In this document: positions 39,901-53,500 of the stretch, one piece after another
Layout of the letters: every line of letters starts with the position of its first letter
Numbering within the stretch: the stretch's first letter is position 1
Source of the DNA: Auanema rhodensis
Taxonomy: Eukaryota; Animalia; Nematoda
Assembly: GCA_964057225.1 (NCBI GenBank)
Contig: CAXKVF010000080.1
Location: forward strand, 248,001-312,000
DNA length: 64,000 nucleotides
Direction: 5' to 3'
The notes under the pieces: generated by a model
Seen by the model: the letters and a program-made list of their open reading frames with translations, nothing else
Database searches by the model: none
What the model was told of the DNA's origin: nothing
Translations under genes and position numbers: made by a program

Positions 39901-42900
39901 TAACCATGACTTTGAAATTTACGTGAACTTTAATTTATGCTAATTAAATGTACACGTGATGTGCACTTGGTATGTAACTCGCTTCACGTGAAAGATGAAG
40001 AGATGCGGTTTTCAAAATTAGATTCCCCATGTCCATATTAGTCTAAAAACAAATTTTTATTGATATTGGTGCATGGTAACCATGACTTTGAAATTTACGT
40101 GAACTTTAATTTATGCTAATTAAATGTACACGTGATGTGCACTTGGTATGTAACTCGCTTCACGTGAAAGATAAAGAGATGCGGTTTTCAAAATTAGATT
40201 CCCCATGTCCATATTAGTCTAAAAACAAATTTTTATTGATATTGGTGCATGGTAACCATGACTTTGAAATTTACGTGAACTTTAATTTATGCTAATTAAA
40301 TGTACACGTGATGTGCACTTGGTATGTAACTCGCTTCACGTGAAAGATAAAGAGATGCGGTTTTCAAAATTAGATTCCTCATGTCCATATTAGTCTAAAA
40401 ACAAATTTTTATTGATATTGGTGCATGGTAACCATGACTTTGAAATTTACGTGAACTTTAATTTATGCTAATTAAATGTACACGTGATGTGCACTTGGTA
40501 TGTAACTCGCTTCACGTGAAAGATGAAGAGATGCGGTTTTCAAAATTAGATTCCCCATGTCCATATTAGTCTAAAAACAAATTTTTATTGATATTGGTGC
40601 ATGGTAACCATGACTTTGAAATTTACGTGAACTTTAATTTATGCTAATTAAATGTACACGTGATGTGCACTTGGTATGTAACTCGCTTCACGTGAAAGAT
40701 AAAGAGATGCGGTTTTCAAAATTAGATTCCCCATGTCCATATTAGTCTAAAAACAAATTTTTATTGATATTGGTTCATGGTAACCATGACTTTGAAATTT
40801 ACGTGAACTTTAATTTATGCTAATTAAATGTACACGTGATGTGCACTTGGTATGTAACTCGCTTCACGTGAAAGATAAAGAGATGCGGTTTTCAAAATTA
40901 GATTCCCCATGTCCATATTAGTCTAAAAACAAATTTTTATTGATATTGGTTCATGGTAACCATGACTTTGAAATTTACGTGAACTTTAATTTATGCTAAT
41001 TAAATGTACACGTGATGTGCACTTGGTATGTAACTCGCTTCACGTGAAAGATAAAGAGATGCGGTTTTCAAAATTAGATTCCCCATGTCCATATTAGTCT
41101 AAAAACAAATTTTTATTGATATTGGTTCATGGTAACCATGACTTTGAAATTTACGTGAACTTTAATTTATGCTAATTAAATGTACACGTGATGTGCACTT
41201 GGTATGTAACTCGCTTCACGTGAAAGATAAAGAGATGCGGTTTTCAAAATTATATTCCCCATGTCCATATTAGTCTAAAAACAAATTTTTATTGATATTG
41301 CTTCATGGTAACCATGACTTTGAAATTTACGTGAACTTTAATTTATGCTAATTAAATGTACACGTGATGTGCACTTGGTATGTAACTCGCTTCACGTGAA
41401 AGATAAAGAGATGCGGTTTTCAAAATTAGATTCCCCATGTCCATATTAGTCTAAAAACAAATTTTTATTGATATTGGTTCATGGTAACCATGACTTTGAA
41501 ATTTACGTGAACTTTAATTTATGCTAATTAAATGTACACGTGATGTGCACTTGGTATGTAACTCGCTTCACGTGAAAGATAAAGAGATGCGGTTTTCAAA
41601 ATTAGATTCCCCATGTCCATATTAGTCTAAAAACAAATTTTTATTGATATTGGTGCATGGTAACCATGACTTTGAAATTTACGTGAACTTTAATTTATGC
41701 TAATTAAATGTACACGTGATGTGCACTTGGTATGTAACTCGCTTCACGTGAAAGATAAAGAGATGCGGTTTTCAAAATTAGATTCCCCATGTCCATATTA
41801 GTCTAAAAACAAATTTTTATTGATATTGGTTCATGGTAACCATGACTTTGAAATTTACGTGAACTTTAATTTATGCTAATTAAATGTACACGTGATGTGC
41901 ACTTGGTATGTAACTCGCTTCACGTGAAAGATAAAGAGATGCGGTTTTCAAAATTAGATTCCCCATGTCCATATTAGTCTAAAAACAAATTTTTATTGAT
42001 ATTGGTGCATGGTAACCATGACTTTGAAATTTACGTGAACTTTAATTTATGCTAATTAAATGTACACGTGATGTGCACTTGGTATGTAACTCGCTTCACG
42101 TGAAAGATGAAGAGATGCGGTTTTCAAAATTAGATTCCCCATGTCCATATTAGTCTAAAAACAAATTTTTATTGATATTGGTGCATGGTAACCATGACTT
42201 TGAAATTTACGTGAACTTTAATTTATGCTAATTAAATGTACACGTGATGTGCACTTGGTATGTAACTCGCTTCACGTGAAAGATAAAGAGATGCGGTTTT
42301 CAAAATTAGATTCCCCATGTCCATATTAGTCTAAAAACAAATTTTTATTGATATTGGTTCATGGTAACCATGACTTTGAAATTTACGTGAACTTTAATTT
42401 ATGCTAATTAAATGTACACGTGATGTGCACTTGGTATGTAACTCGCTTCACGTGAAAGATAAAGAGATGCGGTTTTCAAAATTAGATTCCCCATGTCCAT
42501 ATTAGTCTAAAAACAAATTTTTATTGATATTGGTTCATGGTAACCATGACTTTGAAATTTACGTGAACTTTAATTTATGCTAATTAAATGTACACGTGAT
42601 GTGCACTTGGTATGTAACTCGCTTCACGTGAAAGATAAAGAGATGCGGTTTTCAAAATTAGATTCCCCATGTCCATATTAGTCTAAAAACAAATTTTTAT
42701 TGATATTGGTTCATGGTAACCATGACTTTGAAATTTACGTGAACTTTAATTTATGCTAATTAAATGTACACGTGATGTGCACTTGGTATGTAACTCGCTT
42801 CACGTGAAAGATAAAGAGATGCGGTTTTCAAAATTAGATTCCCCATGTCCATATTAGTCTAAAAACAAATTTTTATTGATATTAGTTCATGGTAACCATG

Positions 42901-44874
42901 ACTTTGAAATTTACGTGAACTTTAATTTATGCTAATTAAATGTACACGTGATGTGCACTTGGTATGTAACTCGCTTCACGTGAAAGATAAAGAGATGCGG
43001 TTTTCAAAATTAGATTCCCCATGTCCATATTAGTCTAAAAACAAATTTTTATTGATATTGGTTCATGGTAACCATGACTTTGAAATTTACGTGAACTTTA
43101 ATTTATGCTAATTAAATGTACACGTGATGTGCACTTGGTATGTAACTCGCTTCACGTGAAAGATAAAGAGATGCGGTTTTCAAAATTAGATTCCCCATGT
43201 CCATATTAGTCTAAAAACAAATTTTTATTGATATTGGTTCATGGTAACCATGACTTTGAAATTTACGTGAACTTTAATTTATGCTAATTAAATGTACACG
43301 TGATGTGCACTTGGTATGTAACTCGCTTCACGTGAAAGATAAAGAGATGCGGTTTTCAAAATTAGATTCCTCATGTCCATATTAGTCTAAAAACAAATTT
43401 TTATTGATATTAGTTCATGGTAACCATGACTTTGAAATTTACGTGAACTTTAATTTATGCTAATTAAATGTACAAGTGATGTGCACTTGGTATGTAACTC
43501 GCTTCACGTCAAAGAGAAAGAGATGCGGTTTTCAAAATTAGATTCCCCATGTCCATATTAGTCTAAAAACAAATTTTTATTGATATTGGTGCATGGTAAC
43601 CATGACTTTGAAATTTACGTGAACTTTAATTTATGCTAATTAAATGTACACGTGATGTGCACTTGGTATGTAACTCGCTTCACGTGAAAGATAAAGAGAT
43701 GCGGTTTTCAAAATTAGATTCCCCATGTCCATATTAGTCTAAAAACAAATTTTTATTGATATTGGTTCATGGTAACCATGACTTTGAAATTTACGTGAAC
43801 TTTAATTTATGCTAATTAAATGTACACGTGATGTGCACTTGGTATGTAACTCGCTTCACGTGAAAGATAAAGAGATGCGGTTTTCAAAATTAGATTCCCC
43901 ATGTCCATATTAGTCTAAAAACAAATTTTTATTGATATTAGTTCATGGTAACCATGACTTTGAAATTTACGTGAACTTTAATTTATGCTAATTAAATGTA
44001 CACGTGATGTGCACTTGGTATGTAACTCGCTTCACGTGAAAGATAAAGAGATGCGGTTTTCAAAATTAGATTCCCCATGTCCATATTAGTCTAAAAACAA
44101 ATTTTATTGATATTGGTTCATGGTAACCATGACTTTGAAATTTACGTGAACTTTAATTTATGCTAATTAAATGTACACGTGATGTGCACTTGGTATGTAA
44201 CTCGCTTCACGTGAAAGATAAAGAGATGCGGTTTTCAAAATTAGATTCCCCATGTCCATATTAGTCTAAAAACAAATTTTTATTGATATTGGTTCATGGT
44301 AACCATGACTTTGAAATTTACGTGAACTTTAATTTATGCTAATTAAATGTACACGTGATGTGCACTTGGTATGTAACTCGCTTCACGTGAAAGATAAAGA
44401 GATGCGGTTTTCAAAATTAGATTCCCCATGTCCATATTAGTCTAAAAACAAATTTTTATTGATATTAGTTCATGGTAACCATGACTTTGAAATTTACGTG
44501 AACTTTAATTTATGCTAATTAAATGTACACGTGATGTGCACTTGGTATGTAACTCGCTTCACGTGAAAGATAAAGAGATGCGGTTTTCAAAATTAGATTC
44601 CCCATGTCCATATTAGTCTAAAAACAAATTTTTATTGATATTGGTTCATGGTAACCATGACTTTGAAATTTACGTGAACTTTAATTTATGTTAATTAAAT
44701 GTACACGTGATGTGCACTTGGTATGTAACTCGCTTCACGTGAAAGATAAAGAGATGCGGTTTTCAAAATTAGATTCCCCATGTCCATATTAGTCTAAAAA
44801 CAAATTTTTATTGATATTAGTTCATGGTAACCATGACTTTGAAATTTACGTGAACTTTAATTTATGCTAATTAA

Positions 44875-47800
44875 ATGTACACGTGATGTGCACTTGGTAT
44901 GTAACTCGCTTCACGTGAAAGATAAAGAGATGCGGTTTTCAAAATTAGATTCCCCATGTCCATATTAGTCTAAAAACAAATTTTTATTGATATTGGTTCA
45001 TGGTAACCATGACTTTGAAATTTACGTGAACTTTAATTTATGCTAATTAAATGTACACGTGATGTGCACTTGGTATGTAACTCGCTTCACGTGAAAGATA
45101 AAGAGATGCGGTTTTCAAAATTAGATTCCCCATGTCCATATTAGTCTAAAAACAAATTTTTATTGATATTAGTTCATGGTAACCATGACTTTGAAATTTA
45201 CGTGAACTTTAATTTATGCTAATTAAATGTACACGTGATGTGCACTTGGTATGTAACTCGCTTCACGTGAAAGATAAAGAGATGCGGTTTTCAAAATTAG
45301 ATTCCCCATGTCCATATTAGTCTAAAAACAAATTTTTATTGATATTGGTTCATGGTAACCATGACTTTGAAATTTACGTGAACTTTAATTTATGCTAATT
45401 AAATGTACACGTGATGTGCACTTGGTATGTAACTCGCTTCACGTGAAAGATAAAGAGATGCGGTTTTCAAAATTAGATTCCCCATGTCCATATTAGTCTA
45501 AAAACAAATTTTTATTGATATTGGTTCATGGTAACCATGACTTTGAAATTTACGTGAACTTTAATTTATGCTAATTAAATGTACACGTGATGTGCACTTG
45601 GTATGTAACTCGCTTCACGTGAAAGATAAAGAGATGCGGTTTTCAAAATTAGATTCCTCATGTCCATATTAGTCTAAAAACAAATTTTTATTGATATTAG
45701 TTCATGGTAACCATGACTTTGAAATTTACGTGAACTTTAATTTATGCTAATTAAATGTACAAGTGATGTGCACTTGGTATGTAACTCGCTTCACGTGAAA
45801 GAGAAAGAGATGCGGTTTTCAAAATTAGATTCCCCATGTCCATATTAGTCTAAAAACAAATTTTTATTGATATTGGTGCATGGTAACCATGACTTTGAAA
45901 TTTACGTGAACTTTAATTTATGCTAATTAAATGTACACGTGATGTGCACTTGGTATGTAACTCGCTTCACGTGAAAGATAAAGAGATGCGGTTTTCAAAA
46001 TTAGATTCCCCATGTCCATATTAGTCTAAAAACAAATTTTTATTGATATTGGTTCATGGTAACCATGACTTTGAAATTTACGTGAACTTTAATTTATGCT
46101 AATTAAATGTACACGTGATGTGCACTTGGTATGTAACTCGCTTCACGTGAAAGATAAAGAGATGCGGTTTTCAAAATTAGATTCCCCATGTCCATATTAG
46201 TCTAAAAACAAATTTTTATTGATATTAGTTCATGGTAACCATGACTTTGAAATTTACGTGAACTTTAATTTATGCTAATTAAATGTACACGTGATGTGCA
46301 CTTGGTATGTAACTCGCTTCACGTGAAAGATAAAGAGATGCGGTTTTCAAAATTAGATTCCCCATGTCCATATTAGTCTAAAAACAAATTTTTATTGATA
46401 TTGGTTCATGGTAACCATGACTTTGAAATTTACGTGAACTTTAATTTATGCTAATTAAATGTACACGTGATGTGCACTTGGTATGTAACTCGCTTCACGT
46501 GAAAGATAAAGAGATGCGGTTTTCAAAATTAGATTCCCCATGTCCATATTAGTCTAAAAACAAATTTTTATTGATATTGGTTCATGGTAACCATGACTTT
46601 GAAATTTACGTGAACTTTAATTTATGCTAATTAAATGTACACGTGATGTGCACTTGGTATGTAACTCGCTTCACGTGAAAGATAAAGAGATGCGGTTTTC
46701 AAAATTAGATTCCCCATGTCCATATTAGTCTAAAAACAAATTTTTATTGATATTAGTTCATGGTAACCATGACTTTGAAATTTACGTGAACTTTAATTTA
46801 TGCTAATTAAATGTACAAGTGATGTGCACTTGGTATGTAACTCGCTTCACGTGAAAGAGAAAGAGATGCGGTTTTCAAAATTAGATTCCCCATGTCCATA
46901 TTAGTCTAAAAACAAATTTTTATTGATATTGGTGCATGGTAACCATGACTTTGAAAATTACGTGAACTTTAATTTATGCTAATTAAATGTACACGTGATG
47001 TGCACTTGGTATGTAACTCGCTTCACGTGAAAGATAAAGAGATGCGGTTTTCAAAATTAGATTCCTCATGTCCATATTAGTCTAAAAACAAATTTTTATT
47101 GATATTGGTGCATGGTAACCATGACTTTGAAATTTACGTGAACTTTAATTTATGCTAATTAAATGTACACGTGATGTGCACTTGGTATGTAACTCGCTTC
47201 ACGTGAAAGATGAAGAGATGCGGTTTTCAAAATTAGATTCCCCATGTCCATATTAGTCTAAAAACAAATTTTTATTGATATTGGTGCATGGTAACCATGA
47301 CTTTGAAATTTACGTGAACTTTAATTTATGCTAATTAAATGTACACGTGATGTGCACTTGGTATGTAACTCGCTTCACGTGAAAGATAAAGAGATGCGGT
47401 TTTCAAAATTAGATTCCCCATGTCCATATTAGTCTAAAAACAAATTTTTATTGATATTGGTGCATGGTAACCATGACTTTGAAATTTACGTGAACTTTAA
47501 TTTATGCTAATTAAATGTACACGTGATGTGCACTTGGTATGTAACTCGCTTCACGTGAAAGATAAAGAGATGCGGTTTTCAAAATTAGATTCCCCATGTC
47601 CATATTAGTCTAAAAACAAATTTTTATTGATATTGGTTCATGGTAACCATGACTTTGAAATTTACGTGAACTTTAATTTATGCTAATTAAATGTACACGT
47701 GATGTGCACTTGGTATGTAACTCGCTTCACGTGAAAGATAAAGAGATGCGGTTTTCAAAATTAGATTCCCCATGTCCATATTAGTCTAAAAACAAATTTT

Positions 47801-50506
47801 TATTGATATTGGTTCATGGTAACCATGACTTTGAAATTTACGTGAACTTTAATTTATGCTAATTAAATGTACACGTGATGTGCACTTGGTATGTAACTCG
47901 CTTCACGTGAAAGATAAAGAGATGCGGTTTTCAAAATTAGATTCCCCATGTCCATATTAGTCTAAAAACAAATTTTTATTGATATTAGTTCATGGTAACC
48001 ATGACTTTGAAATTTACGTGAACTTTAATTTATGCTAATTAAATGTACACGTGATGTGCACTTGGTATGTAACTCGCTTCACGTGAAAGATAAAGAGATG
48101 CGGTTTTCAAAATTAGATTCCCCATGTCCATATTAGTCTAAAAACAAATTTTTATTGATATTGGTTCATGGTAACCATGACTTTGAAATTTACGTGAACT
48201 TTAATTTATGCTAATTAAATGTACACGTGATGTGCACTTGGTATGTAACTCGCTTCACGTGAAAGATAAAGAGATGCGGTTTTCAAAATTAGATTCCCCA
48301 TGTCCATATTAGTCTAAAAACAAATTTTTATTGATATTGGTTCATGGTAACCATGACTTTGAAATTTACGTGAACTTTAATTTATGCTAATTAAATGTAC
48401 ACGTGATGTGCACTTGGTATGTAACTCGCTTCACGTGAAAGATAAAGAGATGCGGTTTTCAAAATTAGATTCCTCATGTCCATATTAGTCTAAAAACAAA
48501 TTTTTATTGATATTAGTTCATGGTAACCATGACTTTGAAATTTACGTGAACTTTAATTTATGCTAATTAAATGTACAAGTGATGTGCACTTGGTATGTAA
48601 CTCGCTTCACGTGAAAGAGAAAGAGATGCGGTTTTCAAAATTAGATTCCCCATGTCCATATTAGTCTAAAAACAAATTTTTATTGATATTGGTGCATGGT
48701 AACCATGACTTTGAAATTTACGTGAACTTTAATTTATGCTAATTAAATGTACACGTGATGTGCACTTGGTATGTAACTCGCTTCACGTGAAAGATAAAGA
48801 GATGCGGTTTTCAAAATTAGATTCCCCATGTCCATATTAGTCTAAAAACAAATTTTTATTGATATTGGTTCATGGTAACCATGACTTTGAAATTTACGTG
48901 AACTTTAATTTATGCTAATTAAATGTACACGTGATGTGCACTTGGTATGTAACTCGCTTCACGTGAAAGATAAAGAGATGCGGTTTTCAAAATTAGATTC
49001 CCCATGTCCATATTAGTCTAAAAACAAATTTTTATTGATATTAGTTCATGGTAACCATGACTTTGAAATTTACGTGAACTTTAATTTATGCTAATTAAAT
49101 GTACACGTGATGTGCACTTGGTATGTAACTCGCTTCACGTGAAAGATAAAGAGATGCGGTTTTCAAAATTAGATTCCCCATGTCCATATTAGTCTAAAAA
49201 CAAATTTTTATTGATATTGGTTCATGGTAACCATGACTTTGAAATTTACGTGAACTTTAATTTATGCTAATTAAATGTACACGTGATGTGCACTTGGTAT
49301 GTAACTCGCTTCACGTGAAAGATAAAGAGATGCGGTTTTCAAAATTAGATTCCCCATGTCCATATTAGTCTAAAAACAAATTTTTATTGATATTGGTTCA
49401 TGGTAACCATGACTTTGAAATTTACGTGAACTTTAATTTATGCTAATTAAATGTACACGTGATGTGCACTTGGTATGTAACTCGCTTCACGTGAAAGATA
49501 AAGAGATGCGGTTTTCAAAATTAGATTCCCCATGTCCATATTAGTCTAAAAACAAATTTTTATTGATATTAGTTCATGGTAACCATGACTTTGAAATTTA
49601 CGTGAACTTTAATTTATGCTAATTAAATGTACAAGTGATGTGCACTTGGTATGTAACTCGCTTCACGTGAAAGAGAAAGAGATGCGGTTTTCAAAATTAG
49701 ATTCCCCATGTCCATATTAGTCTAAAAACAAATTTTTATTGATATTGGTGCATGGTAACCATGACTTTGAAATTTACGTGAACTTTAATTTATGCTAATT
49801 AAATGTACACGTGATGTGCACTTGGTATGTAACTCGCTTCACGTGAAAGATAAAGAGATGCGGTTTTCAAAATTAGATTCCTCATGTCCATATTAGTCTA
49901 AAAACAAATTTTTATTGATATTGGTGCATGGTAACCATGACTTTGAAATTTACGTGAACTTTAATTTATGCTAATTAAATGTACACGTGATGTGCACTTG
50001 GTATGTAACTCGCTTCACGTGAAAGATGAAGAGATGCGGTTTTCAAAATTAGATTCCCCATGTCCATATTAGTCTAAAAACAAATTTTTATTGATATTGG
50101 TGCATGGTAACCATGACTTTGAAATTTACGTGAACTTTAATTTATGCTAATTAAATGTACACGTGATGTGCACTTGGTATGTAACTCGCTTCACGTGAAA
50201 GATAAAGAGATGCGGTTTTCAAAATTAGATTCCCCATGTCCATATTAGTCTAAAAACAAATTTTTATTGATATTGGTGCATGGTAACCATGACTTTGAAA
50301 TTTACGTGAACTTTAATTTATGCTAATTAAATGTACACGTGATGTGCACTTGGTATGTAACTCGCTTCACGTGAAAGATAAAGAGATGCGGTTTTCAAAA
50401 TTAGATTCCCCATGTCCATATTAGTCTAAAAACAAATTTTTATTGATATTGGTTCATGGTAACCATGACTTTGAAATTTACGTGAACTTTAATTTATGCT
50501 AATTAA
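44875..50506. repeat. 16-mer (2816 bp) higher-order repeat, two near-identical tandem copies
   Basis: 44875-47690 matches 47691-50506 monomer by monomer (C80T+AGTT, C8A+T49G, A50G and others). I saw only one difference, T147A in the monomer at 46811. Confidence 0.9.
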
Positions 50507-53500
50507 ATGTACACGTGATGTGCACTTGGTATGTAACTCGCTTCACGTGAAAGATAAAGAGATGCGGTTTTCAAAATTAGATTCCCCATGTCCATATTAG
50601 TCTAAAAACAAATTTTTATTGATATTGGTGCATGGTAACCATGACTTTGAAATTTACGTGAACTTTAATTTATGCTAATTAAATGTACACGTGATGTGCA
50701 CTTGGTATGTAACTCGCTTCACGTGAAAGATGAAGAGATGCGGTTTTCAAAATTAGATTCCCCATGTCCATATTAGTCTAAAAACAAATTTTTATTGATA
50801 TTGGTGCATGGTAACCATGACTTTGAAATTTACGTGAACTTTAATTTATGCTAATTAAATGTACACGTGATGTGCACTTGGTATGTAACTCGCTTCACGT
50901 GAAAGATAAAGAGATGCGGTTTTCAAAATTAGATTCCCCATGTCCATATTAGTCTAAAAACAAATTTTTATTGATATTGGTGCATGGTAACCATGACTTT
51001 GAAATTTACGTGAACTTTAATTTATGCTAATTAAATGTACACGTGATGTGCACTTGGTATGTAACTCGCTTCACGTGAAAGATAAAGAGATGCGGTTTTC
51101 AAAATTAGATTCCTCATGTCCATATTAGTCTAAAAACAAATTTTTATTGATATTGGTGCATGGTAACCATGACTTTGAAATTTACGTGAACTTTAATTTA
51201 TGCTAATTAAATGTACACGTGATGTGCACTTGGTATGTAACTCGCTTCACGTGAAAGATGAAGAGATGCGGTTTTCAAAATTAGATTCCCCATGTCCATA
51301 TTAGTCTAAAAACAAATTTTTATTGATATTGGTGCATGGTAACCATGACTTTGAAATTTACGTGAACTTTAATTTATGCTAATTAAATGTACACGTGATG
51401 TGCACTTGATATGTAACTCGCTTCACGTGAAAGATAAAGAGATGCGGTTTTCAAAATTAGATTCCCCATGTCCATATTAGTCTAAAAACAAATTTTTATT
51501 GATATTGGTTCATGGTAACCATGACTTTGAAATTTACGTGAACTTTAATTTATGCTAATTAAATGTACACGTGATGTGCACTTGGTATGTAACTCGCTTC
51601 ACGTGAAAGATAAAGAGATGCGGTTTTCAAAATTAGATTCCCCATGTCCATATTAGTCTAAAAACAAATTTTTATTGATATTGGTTCATGGTAACCATGA
51701 CTTTGAAATTTACGTGAACTTTAATTTATGCTAATTAAATGTACACGTGATGTGCACTTGGTATGTAACTCGCTTCACGTGAAAGATAAAGAGATGCGGT
51801 TTTCAAAATTAGATTCCCCATGTCCATATTAGTCTAAAAACAAATTTTTATTGATATTAGTTCATGGTAACCATGACTTTGAAATTTACGTGAACTTTAA
51901 TTTATGCTAATTAAATGTACACGTGATGTGCACTTGGTATGTAACTCGCTTCACGTGAAAGATAAAGAGATGCGGTTTTCAAAATTAGATTCCCCATGTC
52001 CATATTAGTCTAAAAACAAATTTTTATTGATATTGGTTCATGGTAACCATGACTTTGAAATTTACGTGAACTTTAATTTATGCTAATTAAATGTACACGT
52101 GATGTGCACTTGGTATGTAACTCGCTTCACGTGAAAGATAAAGAGATGCGGTTTTCAAAATTAGATTCCCCATGTCCATATTAGTCTAAAAACAAATTTT
52201 TATTGATATTGGTTCATGGTAACCATGACTTTGAAATTTACGTGAACTTTAATTTATGCTAATTAAATGTACACGTGATGTGCACTTGGTATGTAACTCG
52301 CTTCACGTGAAAGATAAAGAGATGCGGTTTTCAAAATTAGATTCCCCATGTCCATATTAGTCTAAAAACAAATTTTTATTGATATTGGTTCATGGTAACC
52401 ATGACTTTGAAATTTACGTGAACTTTAATTTATGCTAATTAAATGTACACGTGATGTGCACTTGGTATGTAACTCGCTTCACGTGAAAGATAAAGAGATG
52501 CGGTTTTCAAAATTAGATTCCCCATGTCCATATTAGTGTAAAAACAAATTTTTATTGATATTAGTTCATGGTAACCATGACTTTGAAATTTACGTGAACT
52601 TTAATTTATGCTAATTAAATGTACAAGTGATGTGCACTTGGTATGTAACTCGCTTCACGTGAAAGATAAAGAGATGCGGTTTTCAAAATTAGATTCCCCA
52701 TGTCCATATTAGTCTAAAAACAAATTTTTATTGATATTGGTGCATGGTAACCATGACTTTGAAATTTACGTGAACTTTAATTTATGCTAATTAAATGTAC
52801 ACGTGATGTGCACTTGGTATGTAACTCGCTTCACGTGAAAGATAAAGAGATGCGGTTTTCACAATTAGATTCCCCATGTCCATATTAGTCTAAAAACAAA
52901 TTTTTATTGATATTGGTGCATGGTAACCATGACTTTGAAATTTACGTGAACTTTAATTTATGCTAATTAAATGTACACGTGATGTGCACTTGGTATGTAA
53001 CTCGCTTCACGTGAAAGATGAAGAGATGCGGTTTTCAAAATTAGATTCCCCATGTCCATATTAGTCTAAAAACAAATTTTTATTGATATTGGTGCATGGT
53101 AACCATGACTTTGAAATTTACGTGAACTTTAATTTATGCTAATTAAATGTACACGTGATGTGCACTTGGTATGTAACTCGCTTCACGTGAAAGATAAAGA
53201 GATGCGGTTTTCAAAATTAGATTCCCCATGTCCATATTAGTCTAAAAACAAATTTTTATTGATATTGGTTCATGGTAACCATGACTTTGAAATTTACGTG
53301 AACTTTAATTTATGCTAATTAAATGTACACGTGATGTGCACTTGGTATGTAACTCGCTTCACGTGAAAGATAAAGAGATGCGGTTTTCAAAATTAGATTC
53401 CCCATGTCCATATTAGTCTAAAAACAAATTTTTATTGATATTGGTTCATGGTAACCATGACTTTGAAATTTACGTGAACTTTAATTTATGCTAATTAAAT

